In this document: piece by piece, positions 46,001-54,368 of the stretch
Numbering within the stretch: position 1 is the stretch's first letter
Layout: every line of letters starts with the position of its first letter
DNA from: Candidatus Poseidoniales archaeon
GTDB lineage: Archaea; Thermoplasmatota; Poseidoniia; Poseidoniales; Poseidoniaceae
Direction: 5' to 3'
Length of the DNA: 64,000 bases
Assembly: GCA_038150305.1 (NCBI GenBank)
Contig: JAYOTG010000003.1
Location: 2,893-66,892, forward strand
The notes under the pieces: generated by a model
What the model was told of the DNA's origin: nothing
Seen by the model: the letters and a program-made list of their open reading frames with translations, nothing else
Databases searched by the model: none
Position numbers and translations under genes: made by a program

Positions 46001-46150
46001 GAATTCGACCCCTACGATGCAGCCGACCGCATGGTGGATACCGACGGTGACGGCCACGTCAACTACTGTGAATACAAGTGGGACACGAACCCAAGGAACC
46101 CCTTGTCGTTCCCAGGCCAGGGTCAATTGTGCGACCCGTTCGCTGAGTGA
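43034..46150 (+). CDS. N-terminally anchored surface protein made almost entirely of thrombospondin type-3-like Ca-binding repeats
   Basis: 1038 aa. N-terminal TM MAYVAIITTLIFGSLFVGISGFW. By eye, about 25 repeats of Dx[DN]xDGxxDxxE, e.g. DSDGDGLPDTLE, DTDGDGMSDGWE, DTDNDGLNDRWE, DTDADGMLDGWE, DTDGDGHVNYCE. Confidence 0.88.
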   Translation: MAMNHNQMAYVAIITTLIFGSLFVGISGFWQTNERIGDFESAAEEDIFGEGTESAETLDSDGDGLPDTLEQTQYGTLINDPDTDGDGMSDGWEVAHGLNPLDNGESDDVTLDPSEADTEDATKKNETDAWPDPNQGPNGDPDRDGLTNTVEQDLGTDPQRADTDNDGLNDRWESLYSTVVTTVGGDVTLFDPLRGNWDCLLLDAGTEQALEDYYDDANEEDPANPSWDDLANSEGKHSCDSVLDTDEDGLPNWLEEQYGTDPTSRDSDQDLIDDIVEVSTQLVNIFVGTGEECNVALVQSIDRVAPFQTKDDAWFLGDMDGDGLLNGPSDWDTDGDGMPDGFEYCYSHLTDLSDEIAINQGLDTSMLLDPANASDAYGDWDEDGLNNLEEYLVAESFGPSNFTSPWRIDTDLDQMPDGWESSNGLHPRDGTNGDEDPDRDGWDADGDGAVVYAELVNSVTVIGVDVELDDWVIANQTVARGQITLAGGNKQTVSLGSPVDGYVYDIHVAVGDVIESRLDVWMDIVEPEEQFTNLMEYNARDRDGDGLADGRSTDPLVADTDGDGLRDGIEVMGWEILVVNVGVQRIMVTSDPGLYDTDADGLSDFIEFSELCDTGSNASNPDTDGDGLGDQAEALSGFTWEGESYFTDACMFDTDNDGLEDGEEVIAGQDNFLTHANNSDTDDDGLKDGNEVLFVPRPFQKPTNPLINDTDADGMLDGWEMQVKSAEDNTNSHSLWVAASSWSRPGCESTQTNNCLMEPGGYVWQNFLGGFVLEAKYEVWEMNLSGFTIPTNPLCDGCSGRWALDPSLDSLADANYDVDNDSLMNSAEAPDRWNTNPVDDDTDQDMLPDGWEVLYSQLALERGLVDNLSIASSGARGVMDPSMEDSDLDGIPDGQEDPDRDGLNRSGLVKKYCPGYDDPTNSQCHINPDTPDGVRFYNNLENYTNFEEFQNGTDPVTNDTDGDEWNDGPEVYYQDHDNDGMATGWEYHFEFDPYDAADRMVDTDGDGHVNYCEYKWDTNPRNPLSFPGQGQLCDPFAE
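43208..46072 (+). repeat. Protein-level TSP3-like repeat array (about 25 units) within the CDS
   Basis: First unit is DSDGDGLPDTLE at aa 59. Last unit is DTDGDGHVNYCE at aa 1002-1013. Units are diverged at the DNA level and are not identical tandem repeats. Confidence 0.75.
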
Positions 46151-46162
46151 GCAGGCGGCGTC

Positions 46163-47602
46163 ATGATGGTCCATCCCCGGGTCATCGTGCTCATTGCTGT
46201 TCTTCTCCTGCCTTGCGTCCCTCTTGGCGCCGCGGATGCAGTCACCGCTGAAGCGTTCGTGTTCAATCACGATCACGGTGAGGCCCACGTTGACGGCACA
46301 GTCGAACTGACGGGTTCGTCAACGCAGCCGCTGAACGACCTCACATGGGAACTCATTGATGCATCAACAGGCGCGGTCTTGGTTACCGGCACATACCTGG
46401 ACAGCGTTTCGCCAAACGCCGACGGTTCGTGGTCGTGGTCCCACAACCTTTCCGTGGCCGAATCAGGATGTTCCTGCAGGTTTGTGGTGGATCTTGGTGC
46501 CGCGGAGCCTCAGCGGCATGAACTGGTGGTCTTCCTCGGCAGCGGCTTGTCGTGGGCTCCGGTTTGGTTGACGCAGCCCATCGATGACGTGGTGCTCACG
46601 GATGCAGGCAACCGCACCGTGGAACTCCCAATCGTCTTGCCTCCCGGTCGTGAAAACGGTTCGATGCTCGAAATGGAACGCTGTCCTGCGAGCAGCACCG
46701 GTGTGTGCAAGTCACCCTCCTCGCTCGTGACCGTTCCGCTCGTGACCGGTGGCATGTCCACAACGGTCGTCCTGAACCCGCTCGACTGGAGCCCCGAAGG
46801 GCATTGGTCCGTCCGCTCTTTGGTGGTGATCGATAACGTCCTCGCACGTTCCGATTCGGTGAATTGGCATGTGTTGCATGACACGACTCCACCTGAGGTG
46901 TTCATCGAATCGGCACCTACCGCCAACGAATCTGACCTCGTCTTGGTGGTGGTGAATGCGACAGACAGCACCGGTGACGTCGTTGAATTGGTGGAACTTC
47001 GGGCCACGTCGCCCGACGGTCGTGTGTCCGTTTTGGACGCAGGCGTGAACGATTCAGAATTTACCGTTCAGCCCGACAGCTCCGGAACTTGGACCGTTCA
47101 CGTCACCGTTCGTGATGGCGCAGGGTTGTCCCAAACGGCCAGCCATGTGATGCAGGTTTCCAACCTCCCTCCCGTGGCTGGTGTCAGGCTGAACGGTGCA
47201 TTGGTCGAAAACGGTGATGCCTTCCAAGTGAAAGTTGGGCAGCCTCTGCTCCTCGATGCCTCCATGTCGAGCGATACGGCCAGCGATGTCCTGGACCTCA
47301 ACCATGTCTGGTGGATTGGCGACGACGTGCGGTTGTCTGGTGTCGAGCGTCTGACCGAAGATCGATTCCAGAAGGCCGGCACCTTCGACGTACGGATGGA
47401 GGTTGTTGATGACGACGGGGCTTCGTCTGAGCTCGTGTTCACCCTTGATGTCGTGGATTCTACTGAACCCCTCGGAGATGCGGCGGTGGTTGGACCTGTA
47501 GTCATCCTGCTCATTGGGGTGGCCTTGGCGGGTGTCTTCCTCGTCCGCCAAAGAAAGGACAGCACAACCATCCCCACGTGGCCAGGTGAGGCTGAACCCT
47601 GA
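46163..47602 (+). CDS. Secreted Ig/PKD-like multi-domain protein with C-terminal TM anchor
   Basis: 479 aa. Signal peptide VIVLIAVLLLPCVPLGAADA. Beta-rich modules, one PKD-like (SSDTASDVLDLNHVWWIGDD...FDVRMEVVDDDGASSELVFTLDVV). C-terminal helix VVGPVVILLIGVALAGVFLV followed by RQRK. Lies 12 nt after the TSP3 gene. Confidence 0.75.
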   Translation: MMVHPRVIVLIAVLLLPCVPLGAADAVTAEAFVFNHDHGEAHVDGTVELTGSSTQPLNDLTWELIDASTGAVLVTGTYLDSVSPNADGSWSWSHNLSVAESGCSCRFVVDLGAAEPQRHELVVFLGSGLSWAPVWLTQPIDDVVLTDAGNRTVELPIVLPPGRENGSMLEMERCPASSTGVCKSPSSLVTVPLVTGGMSTTVVLNPLDWSPEGHWSVRSLVVIDNVLARSDSVNWHVLHDTTPPEVFIESAPTANESDLVLVVVNATDSTGDVVELVELRATSPDGRVSVLDAGVNDSEFTVQPDSSGTWTVHVTVRDGAGLSQTASHVMQVSNLPPVAGVRLNGALVENGDAFQVKVGQPLLLDASMSSDTASDVLDLNHVWWIGDDVRLSGVERLTEDRFQKAGTFDVRMEVVDDDGASSELVFTLDVVDSTEPLGDAAVVGPVVILLIGVALAGVFLVRQRKDSTTIPTWPGEAEP

Positions 47603-47604
47603 AC

Positions 47605-49011
47605 ATGCGTGCAACGCTTGATAGCATGTCGGCCCCTGCTCCCACCATGTTCAACGGGGTCTTCGACGACCTGCCCGCCGCACCGGCCGCGTTTACCAAC
47701 GCAGAGGTCCGGACCCGGCAAGCGAGGTTGACCTCTGGGTTGTCAACGGATACCCTCGTTCTGCTTCCTGCCCCCCAAGAGTCAACCCGATCAAACGACG
47801 TCCATTACCGCTACAGGTCCTCATCCGATCTGATGTACCTGACCGATTGGTCTGAACCCGAATCCATGGGGTATGCGTACCATGATGGAAGCGCTTGGGT
47901 CTGGGGCCTTTGCGTCCAACCGAAGGACACCCTCAAGGAAATCTGGGAGGGAAGACGCCTCGGCACCGAAGGGGTCCTCGCGCTCGGGATGGTCGACCGC
48001 ACCCATAGCATTCACGAACGCGATGGTGTGGTCCGAGACTTGCTGCAGAGCGCCAGTCGTGTTCTTCTCAGGCAAGGCATCGATGCTTCGCTGGACGCGT
48101 TGGTGCGCGTCGCGATGACGGAGCGCTCACGTCCACGCCAGCAATTCGGAACAGGTCCAGTGGTCCTCGAAGACCCGAGCGCCCGGATTGCCGAACTCCG
48201 CCTCAGGAAATCAAACGAGGAAGTGGCCGTGATGCGTCATGCTGCTGAGATTTCTGCCCGCGCTCACGTCGCTGCCATGAAGCTGCCTTCTGCGGGCCTT
48301 CACGAACGCCACATCCAAGCCGCGATTGAAGGCGGTTTTGTCTACGGCGGTGGCGACGGTTGGGCGTACCCTTCTATCGTCGGCTCAGGCGTGAACGCCA
48401 CCATCCTTCACTACACCGTGAACAATGCACCTTGCAACGTCGGAGACGTGGTGCTGATCGATGCTGGAACTGAATACCGTGGCTATGCCTCCGACATCAC
48501 CCGCTCATGGCCCGTCGGAGGTCAGTTTTCAGAAGCTCAACGGGAACTGTACACGATCGTGCTCGACGCACAAAAGGCAGCGATTGACGCATGCCGCGTC
48601 GGAGAACCCTACAACGCTCCCCACGACGCCGCACGTCGGGTTCTCGCCGAAGGGCTCATCCAACTTGGCGTCATCAAGCAAAGCCTGGATGAAGCACTCG
48701 ACCCTGAAACAGGGGAACTCCGCTGGTGGTACATGCACAACACCGGACATTGGTTGGGGCTCGACGTCCATGATGTCGGCGTGTACCGGCCCAACGGCGA
48801 ACCACGCCTCTTGGAGCCAGGTATGGTCCTCACCGTGGAACCGGGCTTGTACTTCGGTGCATGGCGGCCTGACGTGACGTGCCCTCCACGCTATGCCGAC
48901 ATTGGCATCAGGATCGAAGACGACGTCCTGGTGTCCGAGGCCGGTCCCGTGGTGCTCTCAGACGCATGTCCAAAGGAGTTGGATGACCTCGAGGCCATTG
49001 TCGGAGCGTGA
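47605..49011 (+). CDS. pepP: Xaa-Pro aminopeptidase (M24B, PepP-like)
   Basis: VVLIDAGTEYRGYASDITRSWPVGG, HNTGHWLGLDVHD, LTVEPGLYF and GIRIEDDVLV are the metal-ligand motifs of M24B. Confidence 0.88.
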   Translation: MRATLDSMSAPAPTMFNGVFDDLPAAPAAFTNAEVRTRQARLTSGLSTDTLVLLPAPQESTRSNDVHYRYRSSSDLMYLTDWSEPESMGYAYHDGSAWVWGLCVQPKDTLKEIWEGRRLGTEGVLALGMVDRTHSIHERDGVVRDLLQSASRVLLRQGIDASLDALVRVAMTERSRPRQQFGTGPVVLEDPSARIAELRLRKSNEEVAVMRHAAEISARAHVAAMKLPSAGLHERHIQAAIEGGFVYGGGDGWAYPSIVGSGVNATILHYTVNNAPCNVGDVVLIDAGTEYRGYASDITRSWPVGGQFSEAQRELYTIVLDAQKAAIDACRVGEPYNAPHDAARRVLAEGLIQLGVIKQSLDEALDPETGELRWWYMHNTGHWLGLDVHDVGVYRPNGEPRLLEPGMVLTVEPGLYFGAWRPDVTCPPRYADIGIRIEDDVLVSEAGPVVLSDACPKELDDLEAIVGA

Positions 49012-50188
49012 CGTTGTGTGGTCGGCCATTCTCGAGCGTCAGGCAGGGTGGACACCTGAAGATCCCACGGCCGTGCGCTTGTCGCCTGAGGACGCGGTGA
49101 TCCTGTACGAAACAGCGCCGCTTCACGCGCTGATGAGTGCGGCTTTGCTCCGACGGCAGCAGCAAGTTCCCGGTGGCGAGGTCACGTACCTCATCGACAG
49201 GAATGTGAATTACACCAATGCATGCACCATCAATTGCCAGTTTTGTTCCTTCTACCGGCCCATTGGCCATGATGAGGTCTACACGCAAACCATTGACGAG
49301 ATTTCACAGCGGTTCTCTGAGTTGGAGGCCATCGGAGGTGTTCGCGTGCTCATGCAGGGCGGCGTGAACCCCGACCTGCCCTTTTCGTGGTACACGGATG
49401 TCCTCCGGGAACTCCGTGTTCGTCACCCCTCCATCGACCTCGATTGCTTCAGTCCCATCGAGATTCAAGGGATGTCTGAGATCACTGGATTGAGTACCGT
49501 CGAGGTTCTCCGTGCGCTGAAGGACGCGGGGATGCACGGCTTGCCAGGTGGTGGCGCTGAGATGCTTGTGGAAGGGGTACGTCGCGATGTTTCGCCAAAG
49601 AAGGGTGGGCCGGAGCAATGGATTCGAATCATGCGTGAAGCGCAGTCCCTCGACCTCATCACCAGCGCCACCAACGTGTTTGGCTTCGGCGAGGGCGCCA
49701 TGGAACGGGTCGAGCACCTTGTCCGCGTGCGTGACATGCAGGATGAGGCCATCGCGCGAGGTGAGCGCCCGTTCACCTCGTTCATTGCATGGCCGGTCCA
49801 ACTCGAGACGAATTCCTTTGGTCGACGGAACCGAGGACAGAACCGTGTGGAACTTGGTGCTGGGCCGTCGGAATACCTTCGTCACGTGGCTGTGTCTCGT
49901 CTGATGCTCGACGTGGTCGATCACATCCAGGCGTCCTGGCCTACGATGGGCGTTGACGTGGCGCAGATGGCCCTCCTTGGTGGGGCGGACGACATCGGCT
50001 CCACCATGATGGAAGAGAACGTCGTCTCTGCATCAGGGACCTCGAAAATCTCGGCCAGCGAGCGTGAGCTGCAACGCTTGATCCGACGAGCCGGGTTGAC
50101 GCCTCGTCGACGGAACAGCCGGTACGAGTTGCTCGAGACCCCACACGACGACGAAGACCTCGCGGCCCCCGTGCCCATGCTGGCTTAG
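48983..50188 (+). CDS. Radical SAM enzyme of the MqnC/MqnE/CofH family (probable futalosine-pathway menaquinone biosynthesis)
   Basis: NVNYTNACTINCQFCSFYR (CxxxCxxC cluster), VLMQGGVNPDLPFSWY, and a C-terminal TIM-barrel extension. Start taken at ATG 48983, overlapping pepP by 29 nt. MqnC and MqnE cannot be told apart by eye. Confidence 0.75.
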   Translation: MTSRPLSERDVVWSAILERQAGWTPEDPTAVRLSPEDAVILYETAPLHALMSAALLRRQQQVPGGEVTYLIDRNVNYTNACTINCQFCSFYRPIGHDEVYTQTIDEISQRFSELEAIGGVRVLMQGGVNPDLPFSWYTDVLRELRVRHPSIDLDCFSPIEIQGMSEITGLSTVEVLRALKDAGMHGLPGGGAEMLVEGVRRDVSPKKGGPEQWIRIMREAQSLDLITSATNVFGFGEGAMERVEHLVRVRDMQDEAIARGERPFTSFIAWPVQLETNSFGRRNRGQNRVELGAGPSEYLRHVAVSRLMLDVVDHIQASWPTMGVDVAQMALLGGADDIGSTMMEENVVSASGTSKISASERELQRLIRRAGLTPRRRNSRYELLETPHDDEDLAAPVPMLA

Positions 50189-53100
50189 GCTCGCTCGGGC
50201 AGCGGCATGTCATACACCACCCAGATTTCGGCGTGGATGTTTCGACCACCAGTGGCCGATTCACCGGTCGGTTGGTATTCTGCGCCGTTGAACAAGCCGC
50301 GGTAACTCAGCGTTTCTGTCGCGCCAGGGGTCACCCAATCCGTGATGTCGTAGGTCCACTGCTTTACGTCCTGACCCGCACACCAACCCGCGCGTCCAAA
50401 GGGCCAGGAGCCAAACTGATTGGCCACGACACCCCGTGGGACTTCCTGTTCGCACCCTGTGTTGCTGTAGACGATCGGGTGCCACTCGTACGCCGTGTTG
50501 CTTCCGATCGTGAAATGGTGCTCATGATCGCAGAACTCGGCACAATTTGCGTCGTCCTTCTGGAAGCCGTGACCGGTGATGGTGGCAACGATGCGAACCC
50601 GCGAGGCGTCCACTGGGACGCTGAGGGTTCGTTCCCTTTCGTAGAGGGCAGGGTCGTTGTAACTCCCGTTGAATTGCCCACCAGTGAAGGCGAAGGTCGC
50701 TGATGAGGGGCGATGGTCGACGGTGCTCTCGCCCCACCTCGAAAAGAGCAAGGTGATGGTCAGGCTACCCCCGTTAGCACCTCGGTAGGTGAACCGACGG
50801 TCTTCGCCGTCATCGAGCATGAAGAGGTATGGTGAGAGGTCCGTTAGCCATCGTCCTTCTCGGCCGTAGGTGGTGATCCACCGTGCAAATTCTGTACCGC
50901 ATTTGGACGCGTTATCACGATCACAAATGCGGAGGTTTGCCTCGTAATCCCACTCGTGGCATCCCGCATACCCACCCGAAGGGGTCTGGTAACGGTCGCG
51001 TCGTTCAGAACATGCGTGCTCGTGGAACATCTCGAGGGTGTCGTAGGTCGCCAAATCGTGGTTGAGGTCGATGGTCGCGTTCATGGCGGTCGTGAAACCT
51101 CCGCCCCAGCCGCCTTGATGCTGGTCTTCCAACATCAAATCGACCGCTTCTACGGCTGGATCTGAACGTCGGATTTCCACCGGGTGCTCTGCATGCCACA
51201 TCCATGCCTCATGGGACATGTGCTGCGGGTCGTAGGTGGTGCTGGAGGTCCCCCACGTGTACGTCGAGCCGGTTTGCCTCAACCGCTGGAAGCGGTCGAT
51301 GCCGAAGGTCGTCGGCTCGCCTAGAGCGGAGAGCGCCTCGCCGAGTCCACCGGTGGCTCCGCTCAAGTCGAGGTCGAGGTAGTGGATGCGTCCTTCCCAT
51401 GCTTCTTCCTCATTGGCGTTGAGGCGTTGCTCGACGTCCGCCTTTCGGTCCGTGACTTGGGACCTGTAGGAACTGTCGTATGATCCGTACACCAGATGCG
51501 TGTCGTCCGGGAGGTTCCGGGTCAGGGTTCCTGGATTCATGGTGAAGGTCGAAGCGCTCGACCCACTGCTGGTGGTTTTCATCAAAATGAACAGGTACGT
51601 GCTGTTGCCGTCCCAAAGATCCGAGAAGGTCAAGGATCCCGACAGCGTCGGTACGGTGAATTCACCGACGGTCTGGAAAGGACCTGACACCGTCGGCGCT
51701 CCCTGCGTGCTGGTCCAAGGCACAGGCAACTGAACGACGGCGCAACCGTTCTCATCGATGGTCCAGCGTGTGGGGCTGGATGGACATTGGTCGTTTTGCA
51801 GATGCACGCCATCTCCGTCCACGTCCTCACAGCCTTGTTCATCGGTGGCGGTTGATGGCGGGGTGCCAAGGCAGAGGTCGTTGGCATCCACCACTCCATC
51901 TCCGTCGGTGTCGCGCTGATCGGCGGCACAACCGAACTCGTCCACGGCTGCACCGATGGTTGATTGTGGGCAGAGGTCCAGCATGGTGCCGTTCAAATCC
52001 ATGTCGTGGACGCCATCGTTGTCATCGTCTTCGTCTTCGGTGAGGTCCAAGCATCCATCCCGGTCCCAGTCTGTTGAATTATCTTGAAGCCACGCCGATT
52101 CGCCCTTTGGGCAGGCATCGTCAACGTCGAGGACCGTGTCGGAATCGTCGTCCTCGTCTTCCTCGCTGTCGATGCAACCGTCCAGATCCCAATCGAGTGA
52201 GCGCAGGCTGGTCCATCCCGTCATGCCTTGTGGGCACGCATCCTCCACGTCCCGACGTCCGTCGTTGTCGTCGTCGTCATCCTCGCTTGCATCACGGCAT
52301 CCATCGTTGTCATGATCCTCAAGCGCGCTGGACGTCCATCCGGGCTCCGAAAGACATCCGTCCAAGGCATCGTTGATCTCATCGTTGTCGTCGTCTTCGT
52401 CTTCATCGCGGTCCCTGCACCCGTCTCCATCGTGGTCCGTGGATCCTTTGCTGGTCCAACCTTCCGATTCTCCCACGCCGTTCGGGCAGAAATCAAGGTC
52501 ATCGTGCACGCCGTCTCCGTCAGCGTCGACCACAACCTCACTCAGGATGAGGCGAACGCTTCGTTCGTCCGTTGCCGAGTCGACAGGACCGACACACGTT
52601 GCCGTGAACACAAGAACAGGGGGGAGGCCCTCTTCCGCCCTGTTGATGTTGAACGAGCGGGCGTCATCAAGCATGACTTCCTCGAAGTCTGTATCAGGAC
52701 CGAGGTCCATTACTACACTGCACAACACCGAGTCGAGGTCCTGCTCAGGGCGGTCCCTGAGCGGCGCAACTTGACCCTGAATCGAGATGGTGCCCTCGTC
52801 CGCAACGGCGGCCACGGGAAGGACGAGGCGAACCCCTGCCTGGCCAATCTCAACCGTTGTCTCAAGCGTGAGGGGTCCGTCATCGAACAAGACATCCTCT
52901 TCTGGCATGAGGTCAACGCTGACCTGAACCACTCCGGTTGACGGGGCCACCATGGCCACGACGAGCACATCGGTGCGTGAGACCGCCACGTCGCGGACAA
53001 CTTCAGGTGCGCTCACGCCGTAGGTGGTCCGTACATCCCCGACGGCGACGCTCTCGAGATACTGGAGCGGAATGCCTTCTACCTCAAAGATGAGAAGGTC

Positions 53101-53274
53101 CCCAGCAACTGGATTACGAATGGACGATGCCGGGTTGAGTTCCCAGTTCACGGTGGCCAACGTGGGCGTCTTTGTTTCAACGGGTTCTGGTTCGACGATC
53201 TCCTCGCCAATCCCCAAACATCCGGCCATCAGCATGGTCAGGACCAAGGCCACGGCAATCAATGGTCTGCGCAT
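50185..53274 (-). CDS. Predicted lipoprotein: Ig-like N-terminal region, cysteine-containing TSP3 repeats, central beta-rich region, C-terminal PNGase F-like two-domain module
   Basis: The ATG at 53274 gives MRRPLIAVALVLTMLMAGCLG (lipobox-like MAGC). The track start at 53304 is TTG. Four ~40-aa units follow the pattern GWTS..DHDGDGCRD..EDEDDDNDEI.D..D.C. The C-terminus has GCHEWDYEANLRIC, ARWITTYGREGRW, ATITGHGFQKDDANCAEFCDHEHHF and GRAGWCAGQDV. From memory, these match Elizabethkingia PNGase F motifs CDEWDRYANVYV, GRFITPYW, TTISGWGH...GCAEWCFRTH and DRAGWCPG. Confidence 0.8.
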   Translation of the reverse strand: MRRPLIAVALVLTMLMAGCLGIGEEIVEPEPVETKTPTLATVNWELNPASSIRNPVAGDLLIFEVEGIPLQYLESVAVGDVRTTYGVSAPEVVRDVAVSRTDVLVVAMVAPSTGVVQVSVDLMPEEDVLFDDGPLTLETTVEIGQAGVRLVLPVAAVADEGTISIQGQVAPLRDRPEQDLDSVLCSVVMDLGPDTDFEEVMLDDARSFNINRAEEGLPPVLVFTATCVGPVDSATDERSVRLILSEVVVDADGDGVHDDLDFCPNGVGESEGWTSKGSTDHDGDGCRDRDEDEDDDNDEINDALDGCLSEPGWTSSALEDHDNDGCRDASEDDDDDNDGRRDVEDACPQGMTGWTSLRSLDWDLDGCIDSEEDEDDDSDTVLDVDDACPKGESAWLQDNSTDWDRDGCLDLTEDEDDDNDGVHDMDLNGTMLDLCPQSTIGAAVDEFGCAADQRDTDGDGVVDANDLCLGTPPSTATDEQGCEDVDGDGVHLQNDQCPSSPTRWTIDENGCAVVQLPVPWTSTQGAPTVSGPFQTVGEFTVPTLSGSLTFSDLWDGNSTYLFILMKTTSSGSSASTFTMNPGTLTRNLPDDTHLVYGSYDSSYRSQVTDRKADVEQRLNANEEEAWEGRIHYLDLDLSGATGGLGEALSALGEPTTFGIDRFQRLRQTGSTYTWGTSSTTYDPQHMSHEAWMWHAEHPVEIRRSDPAVEAVDLMLEDQHQGGWGGGFTTAMNATIDLNHDLATYDTLEMFHEHACSERRDRYQTPSGGYAGCHEWDYEANLRICDRDNASKCGTEFARWITTYGREGRWLTDLSPYLFMLDDGEDRRFTYRGANGGSLTITLLFSRWGESTVDHRPSSATFAFTGGQFNGSYNDPALYERERTLSVPVDASRVRIVATITGHGFQKDDANCAEFCDHEHHFTIGSNTAYEWHPIVYSNTGCEQEVPRGVVANQFGSWPFGRAGWCAGQDVKQWTYDITDWVTPGATETLSYRGLFNGAEYQPTGESATGGRNIHAEIWVVYDMPLPERA
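51775..52527 (-). repeat. Protein-level TSP3 (Cys-containing) repeat region within the lipoprotein CDS
   Basis: Spans aa ~260-510 (numbered from 53304): DADGDGVHDDLDFCPNG, DHDGDGCRDRDEDEDDDNDE, DHDNDGCRDASEDDDDDNDG, DWDLDGCIDSEEDEDDDSD, DWDRDGCLDLTEDEDDDNDG, DTDGDGVVDANDLC, DVDGDGVHLQNDQCP. Confidence 0.75.
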
Positions 53275-53300
53275 GACCGGGCAATGCGCGGCAAGGAACC

Positions 53301-54359
53301 TCAACGTGTCGGTGCAGGATGAGCGTGTTCAGCGCGCCCGTCGGTCAATTCGACGGTCAGTTTTGGAATGGGTGCTTGAGGCCACCGGGCTCGGACCGGC
53401 GTCACGTGGAGCATTCGACCGTGGACAGGATGGTCGCACGCCACGATGATTTCCCAGTGGATCCTGATGAGTGCATCGTACATGGTGCCTGGCCACGGAC
53501 CTGCCGGTGCCTCGACCTTGACGTTGCGGCCCGCCACGGGCGACCATGCCCCTCGGGCGGCTAGCCTCATGGGCCGAAGATAGACATCACCCGGCCAATC
53601 GTGACGTCCCATCGGCGATTCTTCTCCGAGGCCCGTCCCGTCGCCCATGGCGGGTTCCATGCCTTCCAAGGCGGTGGTCATCCCGGGCGGGGGCTGACGG
53701 TTCGGATGTCTGTGAAGGGCGCTGAGGATGTGGTGCCTTCGTGGTGCCAACACGCCACATTGGAGGCTTGCATACACGGCGTATTCAGCTGCACGCCCGC
53801 CAATGCTGATGCGGGTCGCTCCCTCGCTCCTGACCTCATCAATGTCGACCTCAAGGCGCAGCCGCTCGTCGGCCATGATGTTGGTTTGCCTGCGAAGGTC
53901 ACCCACGTTGACGGTCAAACGCAACACGAGAGGCAACAAGATCAGCGGGACAACGATCAGCCCGAGAAGTGGATAGTCCAAGAGACCTAACCGGACGCTA
54001 TTGGTCCCGAAGGTCGGGATGTTCAGGGCGTCAAAACCCGGTGCAAGCGCGAGATAGAGCAGGGTGAGCAACATCACGATGCCCACGCCATCCACCATGC
54101 GGCGAAGGCGCCGGTGGAGGGGGCGCGGCTCGAGGAACCACCCCGTTCGCTGAGCTTTGACGACACTGGGAAACGGCCTCGATTCAATGGATTCTCCCTG
54201 GACGTCGCCAAGTCCTCGTCGCTCGACAAACCAGCCTTCTGTGGTTTCAATGCGAAACTCTGAACCAAACGCGCGATCGATGGGGCCAACGACCGGGTCG
54301 AGTTCCGTCGGTTTCAGCCTTCGTGGGTCGAAGGGTGGATGGCGATACATCTCTTCCAT
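53301..54359 (-). CDS. Hypothetical membrane protein (two central TM helices)
   Basis: 352 aa. Helices GVGIVMLLTLLYLALAPGF and LLGLIVVPLILLPLVLRL. Tightly packed between the GGR gene and the lipoprotein gene. Confidence 0.6.
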   Translation of the reverse strand: MEEMYRHPPFDPRRLKPTELDPVVGPIDRAFGSEFRIETTEGWFVERRGLGDVQGESIESRPFPSVVKAQRTGWFLEPRPLHRRLRRMVDGVGIVMLLTLLYLALAPGFDALNIPTFGTNSVRLGLLDYPLLGLIVVPLILLPLVLRLTVNVGDLRRQTNIMADERLRLEVDIDEVRSEGATRISIGGRAAEYAVYASLQCGVLAPRRHHILSALHRHPNRQPPPGMTTALEGMEPAMGDGTGLGEESPMGRHDWPGDVYLRPMRLAARGAWSPVAGRNVKVEAPAGPWPGTMYDALIRIHWEIIVACDHPVHGRMLHVTPVRARWPQAPIPKLTVELTDGRAEHAHPAPTR

Positions 54360-54368
54360 GTCTTCACC

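Noticed and set aside
43028-46288. Long reverse ORFs (43028-44506 at 492 aa, 44522-45232 at 236 aa, 45452-46288 at 278 aa) opposite the TSP3 gene.
   Set aside because: They are antisense to a gene with about 25 recognisable Ca-binding repeats. GAC/GAT-rich sense codons read as GTC/ATC on the other strand, giving V/I-rich pseudo-ORFs.
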